NCBI GenBank assembly: GCA_000993025.1
Contig: LBVJ01000023.1
Location: 1-48,447, forward strand
DNA length: 48,447 nt
From: Candidatus Woesebacteria bacterium GW2011_GWA1_38_8
GTDB taxonomy: Bacteria > Patescibacteriota > Microgenomatia > UBA8517
Reading direction: 5' to 3'
The position numbers and the translations under genes were made by a program. Numbering within the stretch: the first letter of the stretch is position 1; the number at the start of each line of letters is the position of its first letter. Below the pieces are notes generated by a model. It had not been told where the DNA came from. It did not search any database and saw only the letters and a list, made by a program, of their open reading frames with translations. Of this stretch, positions 6,714 through 16,347 are shown one piece after another.

Positions 6714-7451
6714 ATGAACATTTTTCAATCCGCCTTACTCGGTATCATTCAGGGTTTAACCGAATTTCTTCCGGTTTCTTCCTCAGGGCATCTTGTTTTG
6801 GTACAATCCCTAATTCCAAATTTTTCCCAGGAAGGAATACTTTTTGATACTTTTCTCCATTTCGGAACGATACTTGCCGTTTTGGTGTTCTATTTCAATC
6901 GAATAATCAAACTTAAGTTTAATGAGATTAAGATACTCGCCATTGCAACGATACCTGCAGTCGTCGTTGGATTTATATTAAAAGACGGGATTGATGCGAT
7001 ATTTCAAAATACCACCTTAGTTGGTTTTGCTCTGATCGTTACGGGATTAATGAACTTGAGAACTGATGAGCATAAAGAAATAACCGATACGGTTGATATA
7101 AAAAATGGAATCATAATTGGTCTTTTTCAGGCATTTGCGATCCTTCCGGGAATTTCAAGGTCAGGGTCGACCATATTTGGAGGAACTCTTTTGGGTGTGA
7201 AAAAAGAAAAAGCGGCAGAATATTCATTTTTACTTTCTATCCCCGCAGTACTTGGAGCAAATTTGTTGGAAATTATAAAAAGCGGGGAAGATTTTGTATT
7301 ATTGCCGGAATATATTGTTGGTATTATTTGTTCGTTTGTATTCGGGCTTATATGTATAAAAGTATTACTCAATATGTTATCGACGAATAAATTCAAATAC
7401 TTTGGATACTACTGCATATTGGTAGGAGTGGTTAGTTTAATAGCAAAATAA
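6714..7451 (+). CDS. uppP: Undecaprenyl-diphosphate phosphatase (BacA/UppP)
   Basis: LTEFLPVSSSGHL and PGISRSGSTI motifs; polytopic membrane protein. Confidence 0.9.
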   Translation: MNIFQSALLGIIQGLTEFLPVSSSGHLVLVQSLIPNFSQEGILFDTFLHFGTILAVLVFYFNRIIKLKFNEIKILAIATIPAVVVGFILKDGIDAIFQNTTLVGFALIVTGLMNLRTDEHKEITDTVDIKNGIIIGLFQAFAILPGISRSGSTIFGGTLLGVKKEKAAEYSFLLSIPAVLGANLLEIIKSGEDFVLLPEYIVGIICSFVFGLICIKVLLNMLSTNKFKYFGYYCILVGVVSLIAK

Positions 7452-7800
7452 TTTTCGGAAGAAAGAGTGCAACCCCCACAATTATCGACATTCCGGCAGC
7501 AAGAAGAACACATGCGGCAGATACATCTTTGGCGATCTTTGCATAAGGGTTAACTTCAGGACTGGTGGTATTTACAACTGCTTCGAGAACGGTATTTAGA
7601 AGTTCCAATATCAGCACAAAAAAAATGGTAAATGTTAAAAATAACCACTCTAAGATTTCAAGTCCAAGTACTAATCCAAGGGTGATAGCAAAAAAGGCGA
7701 AAACCAGATGAATACGGAAGTTGGGTTCATTTTTAATGGCAGTATTAAGTCCGCAAAATGCGTATTTGAAGCTTTTGGTGGTGGAATGCTTTAAACCCAT
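7432..7800 (-). CDS. dgkA: Diacylglycerol/undecaprenol kinase, DgkA family
   Basis: FKYAFCGL...EPNFRIH...LELLNTVLEAVVN, a 3-TM DgkA layout. Start placed at the internal Met (7800); the longer ORF to 7863 adds an implausible N-terminus. Confidence 0.8.
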   Translation of the reverse strand: MGLKHSTTKSFKYAFCGLNTAIKNEPNFRIHLVFAFFAITLGLVLGLEILEWLFLTFTIFFVLILELLNTVLEAVVNTTSPEVNPYAKIAKDVSAACVLLAAGMSIIVGVALFLPKIILLLN

Positions 7801-7925
7801 AGGTAGAATAGATATATAGATATTAAGATATAAAGATATAAAGGTACAGGGGAAAATATCCAACTACCGATATAAAATAGACAGGCCGCCTTTTTCATTA
7901 GTGGAATGGTGTTGTACAATAAATT

Positions 7926-8609
7926 ATGCATAAAGATTCGGGAAAAAACCTTCTTATTGTCCTTTCAGCTGTTTTTGTGATTCTGTTCGTTTATATTTTT
8001 GCCGACAGAGATAGGGAAGAGATCAGATCTGTCGAACAAAACATAATATCTCCTGATCTGAGCGGAAATATCGATCTTAATAAAAAGGTTGGATCATGGC
8101 ATGGAAGCAGAATTGACCTTCCTCCCAATGTTTTTAATGTTGATGACAATAAAGTGCTAAGTGTCGTTCCGAGAGAAGAAAGATGGGTGGAGGTTGACCT
8201 TTCCGAGCAGAAGCTGACCGCATGGGAAAATGGAGAAGTATTTTTGGAATCACTAGTTTCCACGGGTCTTCCCTGGTGGCCGACACCCCAAGGGGAATTT
8301 ACGGTTTGGCTTAAAGTTAGAGCTACTTTGATGGAGGGAGGGGAAGGAAGATATTATTACAATCTTCCTAATGTGCCTTATGTTATGTTTATTGAAAACG
8401 CCGAAATTCCGAGATCAAGAGGGTACGGCCTCCATGGAACTTATTGGCACAATGATTTTGGAACTGTTCATAGTCATGGTTGTGTTAATCTGCCGACAGA
8501 GGTCGCAAAAGAACTTTACTATTGGACATACCCAATGCTTTCGAATGACCATAGGACTGTTTATTCATCGAATGATAACCCTGGGACGAAGATAGTAATT
8601 CATGAGTAG
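7926..8609 (+). CDS. L,D-transpeptidase (YkuD domain), N-terminal membrane anchor
   Basis: Catalytic block HGTYWHNDFGTVHSHGCVNL (H...S-H-G-C-V/I-N/R). Confidence 0.85.
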   Translation: MHKDSGKNLLIVLSAVFVILFVYIFADRDREEIRSVEQNIISPDLSGNIDLNKKVGSWHGSRIDLPPNVFNVDDNKVLSVVPREERWVEVDLSEQKLTAWENGEVFLESLVSTGLPWWPTPQGEFTVWLKVRATLMEGGEGRYYYNLPNVPYVMFIENAEIPRSRGYGLHGTYWHNDFGTVHSHGCVNLPTEVAKELYYWTYPMLSNDHRTVYSSNDNPGTKIVIHE

Positions 8610-8612
8610 ATT

Positions 8613-9110
8613 ATGCTAACAAATATTTTCACTTTAGAAAAACAGGTGCTGATCACTTTTATTGCCAGTTTTTTAATATTGTTTATGGTCGGTGGAGTTG
8701 TGTATTTTTGGATGTTTCGGAAAAAATTGGTTTTCAGACAAGTGGTAATAGCATTCATCGCCATGTTTGTTGCATGGGCGATCTCGGACTTCTTGAAGAA
8801 ATATTTTTTAACTGAGCGGCCGTTTATCGCAAATGGTCAAGTTCCTCTAACCTTGACATGGCCATTTGATCCATCCTTTCCATCAAATCATGCATCAAGC
8901 GCCTTTGCGCTTGCATTAAGTATTCGAAAATCAGATAAGAGACTATTTATTGTTTATTTGCTTTTTGCATTATTAGTTTCTTTTGGCAGGGTTTTAAGCC
9001 GTGTTCATTATTTTGTTGATGTATTTGCAGGAGCTTTGATCGGCATCGCGGTCGTTTATATTTTGGAAAAGTTGGGTATGGAGAAGTTTTTTAAAAAAGT
9101 TCTCGCTTGA
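8613..9110 (+). CDS. PAP2-family membrane phosphatase
   Basis: PAP2 motifs KK.F..ERP, PSNHAS and SRVHYFVDV. Confidence 0.8.
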   Translation: MLTNIFTLEKQVLITFIASFLILFMVGGVVYFWMFRKKLVFRQVVIAFIAMFVAWAISDFLKKYFLTERPFIANGQVPLTLTWPFDPSFPSNHASSAFALALSIRKSDKRLFIVYLLFALLVSFGRVLSRVHYFVDVFAGALIGIAVVYILEKLGMEKFFKKVLA

Positions 9111-9219
9111 TTCTGAAAGATCTTACTTCCGGCAATACTATCCAATGTTTGTACAAAATTAGGAATTTTGGCTGGACGAGAAAGAACCGTTCGACGAGAC
9201 CTACGGATGATTTTTTAGG

Positions 9220-9264
9220 TTGACATATCCTTGACAATTAGCAGAATGATGTGTAGACTGCTAG
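9220..9264 (+). promoter_or_regulatory. Candidate sigma70-type promoter (TTGACA 9220-9225 and 9231-9236; TAGACT 9254-9259) overlapping a CIRCE-like inverted repeat (9238-9264)
   Basis: TTAGCAGAA-N9-GACTGCTAG versus the CIRCE consensus TTAGCACTC-N9-GAGTGCTAA (6/9 and 7/9, same spacing). Lies 21 nt upstream of the lon ATG. Confidence 0.3.
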
Positions 9265-9284
9265 AGATATATTAACTTCATATT

Positions 9285-11663
9285 ATGAATGAAGACTCGA
9301 ATATTAAAAGAGTGATTCCGATTGTTCCTATACGAGGATCTGTGGTATTTCCAAATACCGATGCGGTCCTGACTTTTGGGAGAAAAAAAAGCGTTACGGC
9401 TGTAAATGCTGCCTTTCAAACAGATAAGGTCATTGCCATTTTTACTCAAAAAGATGCAAAAACATCCGATCCTCAAATAGACGACCTTCATAAAATTGGT
9501 ACAATTTCAGTAATTACGCAGATGATGTCGAGTGATGGCGAGATCCACTGTGTTATAAAAGGTCAGGCGAGAGTAAAACTGGACCGTATTATTGAAAAAG
9601 ATCCTTATATTACTGCTGAGGTTGAGGAGTTGAGAGAAGATTCCCCTACAGACGAGATCAGAGCTTTTTCCAACAAGTTGGTGGAACTATTTAAAAAAGC
9701 AATCAATTTGGGAAAACAGGCAGAAGTAATGACTGTAATGAAATTAATATCGGGATCACCCGAGCCGAATGAAGTTGCAGATCAAATTGCATCACTTTTA
9801 GAAATTAAAGTTGACGAAAAGCAAATTCTTTTGGATACACTTTCTTTGAAAACGAGATTGATGAAAGTGCTTGCACACCTTACCCATGAAGTGAATGTTC
9901 TGGAACTGGAAAAAACGATTTCCACAAAAACTCAAAAAAGGTTTGAAGATCAGATGAGAAAAACCATGCTTCTTGAGAAAAAACGGACGATCGAAAAGGA
10001 GCTGGGTGAGGACGAATTTGGTGATCTGTCTTCGGAGGAATCCGGCGGATACAAAAAGAGGATCAAAGAAGCCCATATGCCAAAAGATGTTGAGGAAAAG
10101 GCAAAAAAGGAACTGAAAAGACTTTCTCAAATGTCTCCCCATAATCCCGAAGGGGGATATTTGCGAAACTATCTTGATTGGCTTTGCGATATGCCATGGA
10201 GTAAGACCACGGCGAATAATGTTTCCATCTCAAACGCCGAAAAAGTGTTGGAACGGGATCATTACGGATTGGGAAAAGCAAAGGAAAGGATCCTGGAATA
10301 TCTTGCGGTCATGAAGATAAAAAAGAGCAGAAAACTTTTTGGGAAAGACAAAAAAAGAAACGACGATGCTCAACCGACGATACTCTGTTTTATCGGTCCA
10401 CCCGGGGTCGGGAAGACATCGATCGGTAAATCGATAGCAAAAGCCTTAAAGCGTAAATTTGTACGGATATCTTTGGGGGGAATCAGGGATGAAGCCGAGA
10501 TCAGAGGCCACAGAAGGACGTATGTCGGAGCACTTCCCGGGAGGATCCTTCAGGGGATAAAGAATGCCGGAACGAAAAATCCTGTTTTTATGCTGGATGA
10601 AATTGATAAGATCGGTGCGGATTTTAGAGGGGACCCATCATCGGCGCTTTTGGAAGCACTTGACCCGGAACAGAATAGTGAATTTTCCGATCACTATCTT
10701 GAAGTTCCGTTTGATCTTTCCGAGGTAATGTTCGTTGCCACAGGAAATATGATCGAAACGATTCCCGTTGCCTTGAGAGATCGTATGGAAATAATTAATT
10801 TCCCCGGCTATACCCAAGATGAAAAATATAACATTGCAGAAAAATTTTTATGGATGAAGCAGTTAAAACTTCACGGACTGGATGATAAAAAGTTAAAGCT
10901 TGAAAAAAATGCACTGAACGAGATCATCGAAAGGTATACCAGAGAATCGGGAGTAAGGAATTTGGAAAGAAACCTGGCAAATGTTCTGCGAAAGATAGCC
11001 AAACTTGTAGCAGAAAAGAAAAACTATCAGCAAAAAATCACAATGTCCGACATTAGAAAATATCTTGGTCCGCAGAAATTCACTTCTCTTATTGCGGAAA
11101 AGAAGGATGAGGTTGGTATGTCCACAGGTTTGGCGGTAACTCCGGCAGGTGGTGAGATACTGTTTATTGAGGTTTCGTTAATGCCGGGGAAAGGCCATTT
11201 GACCTTGACCGGACAACTTGGAGATGTAATGAAAGAGTCCGCCCGTGCTGCATTTACTTGGACACGTTCCCATTGGCAAAGTTTGGGACTTAAAAAGGAT
11301 TTTGGACAAACTACTGACGTTCACATACATGTTCCGGAAGGTGCTGTTCCGAAAGACGGTCCATCTGCGGGTGTTGCAATAACAACGGCGCTTGTTTCGG
11401 CATTGTCTAAGATTCCGGTTAAGCGTGAAGTTGGAATGACAGGTGAAATCACTCTTCGCGGAAGAGTTTTGGAGATTGGCGGAGTGAAAGAGAAAGTAAT
11501 TGCCGGACACAGGGCAGGTCTTAAAACAATTATTTTACCGAAGGATAACGAAAAAGATATGGAGGATGTTCCGAAAGCCGTTAAAAAAGATATTAAATTT
11601 GTTTTTGCCGAAAATTATTCTGACGTAATGAAAGTGGCTTTGACAGAAGCTCCAAAGAAATAG
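9285..11663 (+). CDS. lon: ATP-dependent Lon protease (LonA)
   Basis: 792 aa. N-terminal LON domain, Walker A GPPGVGKTS, protease site PKDGPSAG. Confidence 0.95.
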   Translation: MNEDSNIKRVIPIVPIRGSVVFPNTDAVLTFGRKKSVTAVNAAFQTDKVIAIFTQKDAKTSDPQIDDLHKIGTISVITQMMSSDGEIHCVIKGQARVKLDRIIEKDPYITAEVEELREDSPTDEIRAFSNKLVELFKKAINLGKQAEVMTVMKLISGSPEPNEVADQIASLLEIKVDEKQILLDTLSLKTRLMKVLAHLTHEVNVLELEKTISTKTQKRFEDQMRKTMLLEKKRTIEKELGEDEFGDLSSEESGGYKKRIKEAHMPKDVEEKAKKELKRLSQMSPHNPEGGYLRNYLDWLCDMPWSKTTANNVSISNAEKVLERDHYGLGKAKERILEYLAVMKIKKSRKLFGKDKKRNDDAQPTILCFIGPPGVGKTSIGKSIAKALKRKFVRISLGGIRDEAEIRGHRRTYVGALPGRILQGIKNAGTKNPVFMLDEIDKIGADFRGDPSSALLEALDPEQNSEFSDHYLEVPFDLSEVMFVATGNMIETIPVALRDRMEIINFPGYTQDEKYNIAEKFLWMKQLKLHGLDDKKLKLEKNALNEIIERYTRESGVRNLERNLANVLRKIAKLVAEKKNYQQKITMSDIRKYLGPQKFTSLIAEKKDEVGMSTGLAVTPAGGEILFIEVSLMPGKGHLTLTGQLGDVMKESARAAFTWTRSHWQSLGLKKDFGQTTDVHIHVPEGAVPKDGPSAGVAITTALVSALSKIPVKREVGMTGEITLRGRVLEIGGVKEKVIAGHRAGLKTIILPKDNEKDMEDVPKAVKKDIKFVFAENYSDVMKVALTEAPKK

Positions 11664-11735
11664 AAAGATATTGGGATATTGAGAATTTACCACGAATTCC
11701 TCGTAATTAGATGAGAAAATTGATAAAATACTCTC

Positions 11736-11865
11736 GAGGCGCTACAACGCGAAAGCGGGGTTATCGCCGAAGAATGAGGCGCTACAACGCGAAAGCGGGG
11801 TTATCGCCGAAGAATGAGGCGCTACAACGCGAAACAACGCGAAAGCGGGGTTATCGCCGAAGAAT
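11736..11865 (+). repeat. Three tandem repeats (40, 40 and 50 nt), each starting with the 5' acceptor strand of the adjacent tRNA-Glu
   Basis: Unit GAGGCGCTACAACGCGAAAGCGGGGTTATCGCCGAAGAAT at 11736-11775 and 11776-11815 (identical). The third unit, 11816-11865, has an internal 10-nt duplication (gaaacaacgc). A fourth GAGGCGCTA begins the tRNA itself. Confidence 0.9.
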
Positions 11866-11867
11866 GA

Positions 11868-11939
11868 GGCGCTATCGTCTAGCGGCTAGGACAGCAGGTT
11901 CTCATCCTGTAAACCTGGGTTCGATTCCCAGTAGCGTCA
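11868..11939 (+). tRNA. tRNA-Glu (anticodon CUC)
   Basis: Hand-folded: GGCGCTA-TC-GTCT-AGCGGCTA-GGAC-A-GCAGG-TTCTCAT-CCTGT-AAAC-CTGGG-TTCGATT-CCCAG-TAGCGTC-A. Confidence 0.85.
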
Positions 11940-12207
11940 CAAATTATTTCATCTGCGTTTCTTTAATATTCTAAACAGACATCAAATATATTGGTGCTAA
12001 TCTGCTCTGTATTTTTGGTTTGTATTAAGCTTCTTTATCAACAAGAGGTAAATTGTACAACGGGTCTTTAATCATTTTTTCATATTCTTCATTTTGTGGT
12101 GTAATTTCTGTTGCATTCTTAATATCTACCTGTTTAAGGTATTTGGCTATTCCTACAATTTGATCCTGTTTGGGAGAGTTATATAATCCGAGTTGCCAGA
12201 TTAATTT

Positions 12208-13197
12208 TCAAACAAGTTTGTATCCATTAATATATACTCTATTATTTGGATCATCTATACTTTCTTTCAAGTGATTTTTCCTCGACTGGGATGCAATAAA
12301 GAATTGAGACTCTTCGGGTGAGGCAATTTCTTCGATAATTTCTATCATTAGACTTTCGTTTAATATTGCATATCCTTCAGAAATTGCTCGACGTAAGTTT
12401 GTCGATTTACCCCTAGATTTTCTAAATGATTCCCTAACAGTTTCCATATCATAAAGTTCAACAAATGCGCCATGACTAAGTTCGTGAGCTGCTATAACAA
12501 ATGTACTAATACAAAATTCTTTGTCTGTTAGTTCTTTTTCCTTTACATCGTTTAATGTTATATAAGCATCAAAACCATAATCATCAATTGATAGTATATG
12601 TCCACCATTCTTTCTAAGTCCCCAACCACCATTTTTGTCATTTCTCGAACGGAAATACATTAAAGATTCTTGCTTGGGTATCGGAATTTTGGGAGCGTGT
12701 TTTTTTAAAATTATTCTGGCTCCCTCAAATGTTCTAGTGGCTCTCAGAACGTTCGCACTTTCTTCTTGTAGTTTTTCTGCTATCTGTATAATGTTGGCAG
12801 ATCCAAATCCGTGTTTATTTCTTATCTCCTGGAATTTATGGTCATTTTCAAGGTTAATAATCAAATCGTCTGTAGTAATATTTAAACCCAATCTGGACAA
12901 ATTCTTTACCGTTTGCTTTAACAATTCTTCTTCACCGTTTATAAGATTTGTGGAATCAAAAGGTGGTTGAATACCATCGATATTAGTTAATTTGGGTGCA
13001 ATTACCAATAAAGCCTTTAATGTTTGTGCATGATCGCAATCCGAATTGGCTAGTTCTGAAACAAAAGCCGTATATGGTAACGCTTCCGGTCTTTCTTCAA
13101 TTAGCTTCTTATATGACCCTTCAGCTTTAAGATAAATTTGCTCAAGATCCAGTTTGAATTGTTTTGATGAATCTTGAAGGGATTTATCGCTTTCCAT
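12208..13197 (-). CDS. Hypothetical protein with HExxH zinc-metallopeptidase motif; reading frame stays open for 60 codons past its TGA
   Basis: 329 aa with FVIAAHELSHGAF. No other family signature recognised. Confidence 0.5.
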   Translation of the reverse strand: MESDKSLQDSSKQFKLDLEQIYLKAEGSYKKLIEERPEALPYTAFVSELANSDCDHAQTLKALLVIAPKLTNIDGIQPPFDSTNLINGEEELLKQTVKNLSRLGLNITTDDLIINLENDHKFQEIRNKHGFGSANIIQIAEKLQEESANVLRATRTFEGARIILKKHAPKIPIPKQESLMYFRSRNDKNGGWGLRKNGGHILSIDDYGFDAYITLNDVKEKELTDKEFCISTFVIAAHELSHGAFVELYDMETVRESFRKSRGKSTNLRRAISEGYAILNESLMIEIIEEIASPEESQFFIASQSRKNHLKESIDDPNNRVYINGYKLV

Positions 13198-13517
13198 GTC
13201 ACTAATGTTATTAGTAAGTATATAATTTAATCGCCTATTTTTATAGGAAATAATATGATCGAAATTCTTATGTTTCTCTAATTGAAACCAAGAATTGCAT
13301 TATTTGCGAGTCCGAAACAAAATAACTTTGAGTTACCGAACTCAACTCGGTGAATATTTCATTTCTGGAATGATATAAGCATCTTCTCGAATGGGGTTTG
13401 TTCGTTTGATAAACGCTCTTGTTTTTACAAATTGGTTTTTGTAGTGATAAACTCAGCTTAAAATACTTTGAAATAACCCTCTGTTTAATCGGGTAAATTG
13501 TTGATGTAAAATGAGGC

Positions 13518-14930
13518 GTGACGGACTTAATCGTGGATGTAAAAAATTTCATTCAAAAAAATCATACTACAATAATACTGTCATTAATAATAATTCTTCA
13601 TATATTGATATTGTTACAAACTGTTTTTTGGCCGGCCGCAGAATTTAGAATACTTCCATATCTTACCGCCAAAGGATTAGTGCCATACAAAGACATAATT
13701 GACCAGCACTTTCCTGGAATATTTTTCTTTCCGATAAATCTTTTCACAATAGGTTTAGCCAATCCATTGGGATTGAGGTTAATGCAAATATTTATAGTTG
13801 CATCTACTCACGTAGCCATATATTTGATCACCCGTAAGTTGAAAAATTCTGGTAGATATTCTTTCTATTCAAATATAATGTACGTATTTGCACAAACACT
13901 TTTTGAGGGCTATGTTCTTTGGATAGATTCTTTTATTTCTCCATTAGTGCTAATCTCATATTTACTACTTATTTCGGAAACAAAAGGTGCGGGTTTTCGT
14001 CTTACTTTCTTATCGGGCATATTTCTTTCTCTGGCACTACTTTTTAAGCAACTTATTGTTCTTGTATTTGGTCTTGTATTTATTGTACTTTTACTTTTCA
14101 GGGCAAATAAGAAGCGTATTTTTATGTTCGCTTTGGGGTTTGTTTTGCCGGTGATTTTTATGTTGATCTATTTTTCAAGCCGGCAACTTATGAATGACTT
14201 TTTTTACTGGACAATTATTTTCAACTCGAAAGTTTATCCGGAATATGCATTCAGACTGCCCACGCTGAAGGAGATACTAATTTTGTTCGTTATTACAGCA
14301 CCTTTTATTGTGTTAACAGTTCGGGAGTATATAAAAGAAAAAAGGAGAAATATCCTTTTTTTGTCTGCATACGCGTTACCCCTTCTCATATTTATATACG
14401 GAAGATATGACTTTGTCCACCTTCAGCCATTTATTCCCTTTGCGTGTATATTTATATCTATCGGTCCGTTTTTAAAGAGACCGCGATTTCATTATGCTTT
14501 TGCATACTTGCTTATTTTTATACTAATGTGCACCCTTCAATTATCAAAATTGGGGGAATACACAACTTTTATAGAAAATACCCATGAGTTGTCCATTCGG
14601 GAGATTAATAGGTTAAATAATGAAGGTTTCACAATCTATCTTGATTCCCATCATGAACTGTACCAACTTACCGGCACATTTCCATACAATTATAAGTATG
14701 TTCCAAAACTCCCGTGGTATTTGGATAAAGAAAAGAATATATTTTCCGAAAGCTTTTTCATAAAACGTCCTGACTTACTGATGATTCTCAACAACACGGA
14801 TAAATCGTCAGAAATTTATGAGTTTGCTGAAACTCATTACACGAAGGTAAAAAGTGTCGATGATTTTTATATGTTCTTTTCTGAAGAAAAAGAAAGCGGG
14901 GTTGAAAATGCTTCGTCCGCTGTTCAGTGA
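13518..14930 (+). CDS. Polytopic membrane protein, probable GT-C glycosyltransferase (ArnT/PMT-like)
   Basis: 470 aa with about 10 or more TM segments. The first periplasmic loop, GLVPYKDIIDQHFPGIFF, resembles the GT39/GT83 Y-x-D...PP loop. GTG start. Confidence 0.5.
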   Translation: MTDLIVDVKNFIQKNHTTIILSLIIILHILILLQTVFWPAAEFRILPYLTAKGLVPYKDIIDQHFPGIFFFPINLFTIGLANPLGLRLMQIFIVASTHVAIYLITRKLKNSGRYSFYSNIMYVFAQTLFEGYVLWIDSFISPLVLISYLLLISETKGAGFRLTFLSGIFLSLALLFKQLIVLVFGLVFIVLLLFRANKKRIFMFALGFVLPVIFMLIYFSSRQLMNDFFYWTIIFNSKVYPEYAFRLPTLKEILILFVITAPFIVLTVREYIKEKRRNILFLSAYALPLLIFIYGRYDFVHLQPFIPFACIFISIGPFLKRPRFHYAFAYLLIFILMCTLQLSKLGEYTTFIENTHELSIREINRLNNEGFTIYLDSHHELYQLTGTFPYNYKYVPKLPWYLDKEKNIFSESFFIKRPDLLMILNNTDKSSEIYEFAETHYTKVKSVDDFYMFFSEEKESGVENASSAVQ

Positions 14931-15049
14931 ACCCGTGAGAAGATGTCGGGGACAATTCTATTTGTTATAAAGAACGGACTTATTTATGAATACATTTTCG
15001 GCGTGGTTATTGAATAATTTCCATATGTTGCTACAATTGGATTAATATT

Positions 15050-15550
15050 ATGGAAGATGAAGATAAGAGAGAGGATGTTCAGACAGAATCCGTAAAAGAG
15101 GAGACTTCTATGGATACTCCAAAAAAAGTCAAGGTTGGAAAAATTGCAAAAGCAAGATCAAACAGTAAAGTAAGGCTTGCCATCATTCTTGTTTTGATGG
15201 CAATTGTTGCCGGACTTTTTATCTTTTGGGGTAAGGCCCGTATTTTTCTTGCCGGAATCTTTGTAGCTCTTCTTCTTGCACTCGGGCTTGAAGTGTCCGG
15301 AAATGATTGGGATCTTGGAAAACTTATTGAAACAGGGTCACTTTCCGAATCAAAAGTTGAAAAGACGGAAAGCGGGAGATGGCTAATTGATGACAGGTGC
15401 AAAAAAGAAGCAGTAAATTGCGACAATTTTGAATATCAGGAAGACGCACAAGGTATGTTCGAATATTGCGGAGGTCCGGAAAGTGACGTCCATGGACTTG
15501 ATGGAGATGACGATGGCGAGGTATGTGAGGCACTACCTTCGAATCAGTGA
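15050..15550 (+). CDS. Membrane-anchored protein with C-terminal Excalibur calcium-binding domain
   Basis: C-terminus CDNFEYQEDAQGMFEYCGGPESDVHGLDGDDDGEVCE fits the Excalibur pattern C..F....AQ....G..D...LD.D.DG..CE. Confidence 0.7.
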   Translation: MEDEDKREDVQTESVKEETSMDTPKKVKVGKIAKARSNSKVRLAIILVLMAIVAGLFIFWGKARIFLAGIFVALLLALGLEVSGNDWDLGKLIETGSLSESKVEKTESGRWLIDDRCKKEAVNCDNFEYQEDAQGMFEYCGGPESDVHGLDGDDDGEVCEALPSNQ

Positions 15551-15567
15551 ATAGTAAAAACCACACT

Positions 15568-16347
15568 TTAATCCTGTAAGTCTTTTTTTGGCAGAGGTAA
15601 AAGAAGGCTTGTTCTGTTTTTGTAATTTTGATAAGAAGTATCGTTTTTATATTTTTCATTATATTTGTTTTCAAGAGGCGGAATTCCACTTACGAAAAGC
15701 AGGAGGAAAGTAATAAAGAGAGGTCCGATAATTGCAACATGTTCAAAACCTGTTAAATAGGGAAGGGATATAAAATAAATTCCCCACCAGCAAAGTATTT
15801 CACCGAAATAATTTGGGTGCCTTGAGTATTTCCAAATGCCGGTTTCTATCCACTTATCTTTATTTTTGGGGTCATTTTTAAAGTTGAATTTTTGCGAATC
15901 GGCAAAGCCCTCGGTAATTATTCCAAGCATCCAAATTGTCGCACCAACGTATAAAAGTACAGAATATTCAGGGAGTATATTTTTAGAGATGATGATCGAA
16001 GAGGGTAGACTTATTACCCAGACGGCAATTGCCTGAAAAAGCCAGAATTGAAAGAACTTCCAAAAATTTTCCCTTATTCCGTCAAACCGTTTATCTTTCC
16101 CGATCATTAATATTCTTTGAAAGAGGTATATTATAAGTCTTAATCCCCAAAGTATTATCATTATCGATATCACTGATTGAACAACACCCGCGGAATCGTT
16201 TGACATCAGAAGATAAACTACAAGAAAAATAAAACCCAATCCGTATGACAGATCCGTAACCTTATCTGTTTTAAATGTTGCAGCAAATAAGAAAAAGATT
16301 GCCTGAATGAGGATGCTGATAATCAGAGTAATAATAACGGTTTCCAT
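15568..16347 (-). CDS. DUF1295 / steroid 5-alpha-reductase-like membrane protein
   Basis: [20 protein letters not shown] block; polytopic. Confidence 0.7.
   Translation of the reverse strand: METVIITLIISILIQAIFFLFAATFKTDKVTDLSYGLGFIFLVVYLLMSNDSAGVVQSVISIMIILWGLRLIIYLFQRILMIGKDKRFDGIRENFWKFFQFWLFQAIAVWVISLPSSIIISKNILPEYSVLLYVGATIWMLGIITEGFADSQKFNFKNDPKNKDKWIETGIWKYSRHPNYFGEILCWWGIYFISLPYLTGFEHVAIIGPLFITFLLLFVSGIPPLENKYNEKYKNDTSYQNYKNRTSLLLPLPKKDLQD

Noticed and set aside
11736-11865. Possible CRISPR array
   Set aside because: The units are directly abutting with no unique spacers, there are only three copies, and no cas genes are in the window. It is a plain tandem repeat.
11711-11974. 87-aa ORF with repeated RKRGYRRRMRRY segments
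   Set aside because: It is the translation of the tandem DNA repeats plus tRNA-Glu. The periodic Arg-rich sequence is a by-product of the GC-rich repeat.
12208-12210. TGA read as Gly/Trp (alternative genetic code) or selenocysteine
   Set aside because: Long conserved genes (lon, secA, copA, lysS) are intact under the standard code, and many genes terminate naturally at TGA (speH, the PAP2 gene, the GIY-YIG gene). No SECIS-like hairpin was evident immediately downstream, and a metallopeptidase-like protein gives no reason to expect selenocysteine.
13268-13552. 94-aa minus-strand ORF upstream of the GT-C-like gene
   Set aside because: It overlaps the start of 13518..14930, has a junk-like Lys/Ser-rich sequence, and lies in a probable promoter region.
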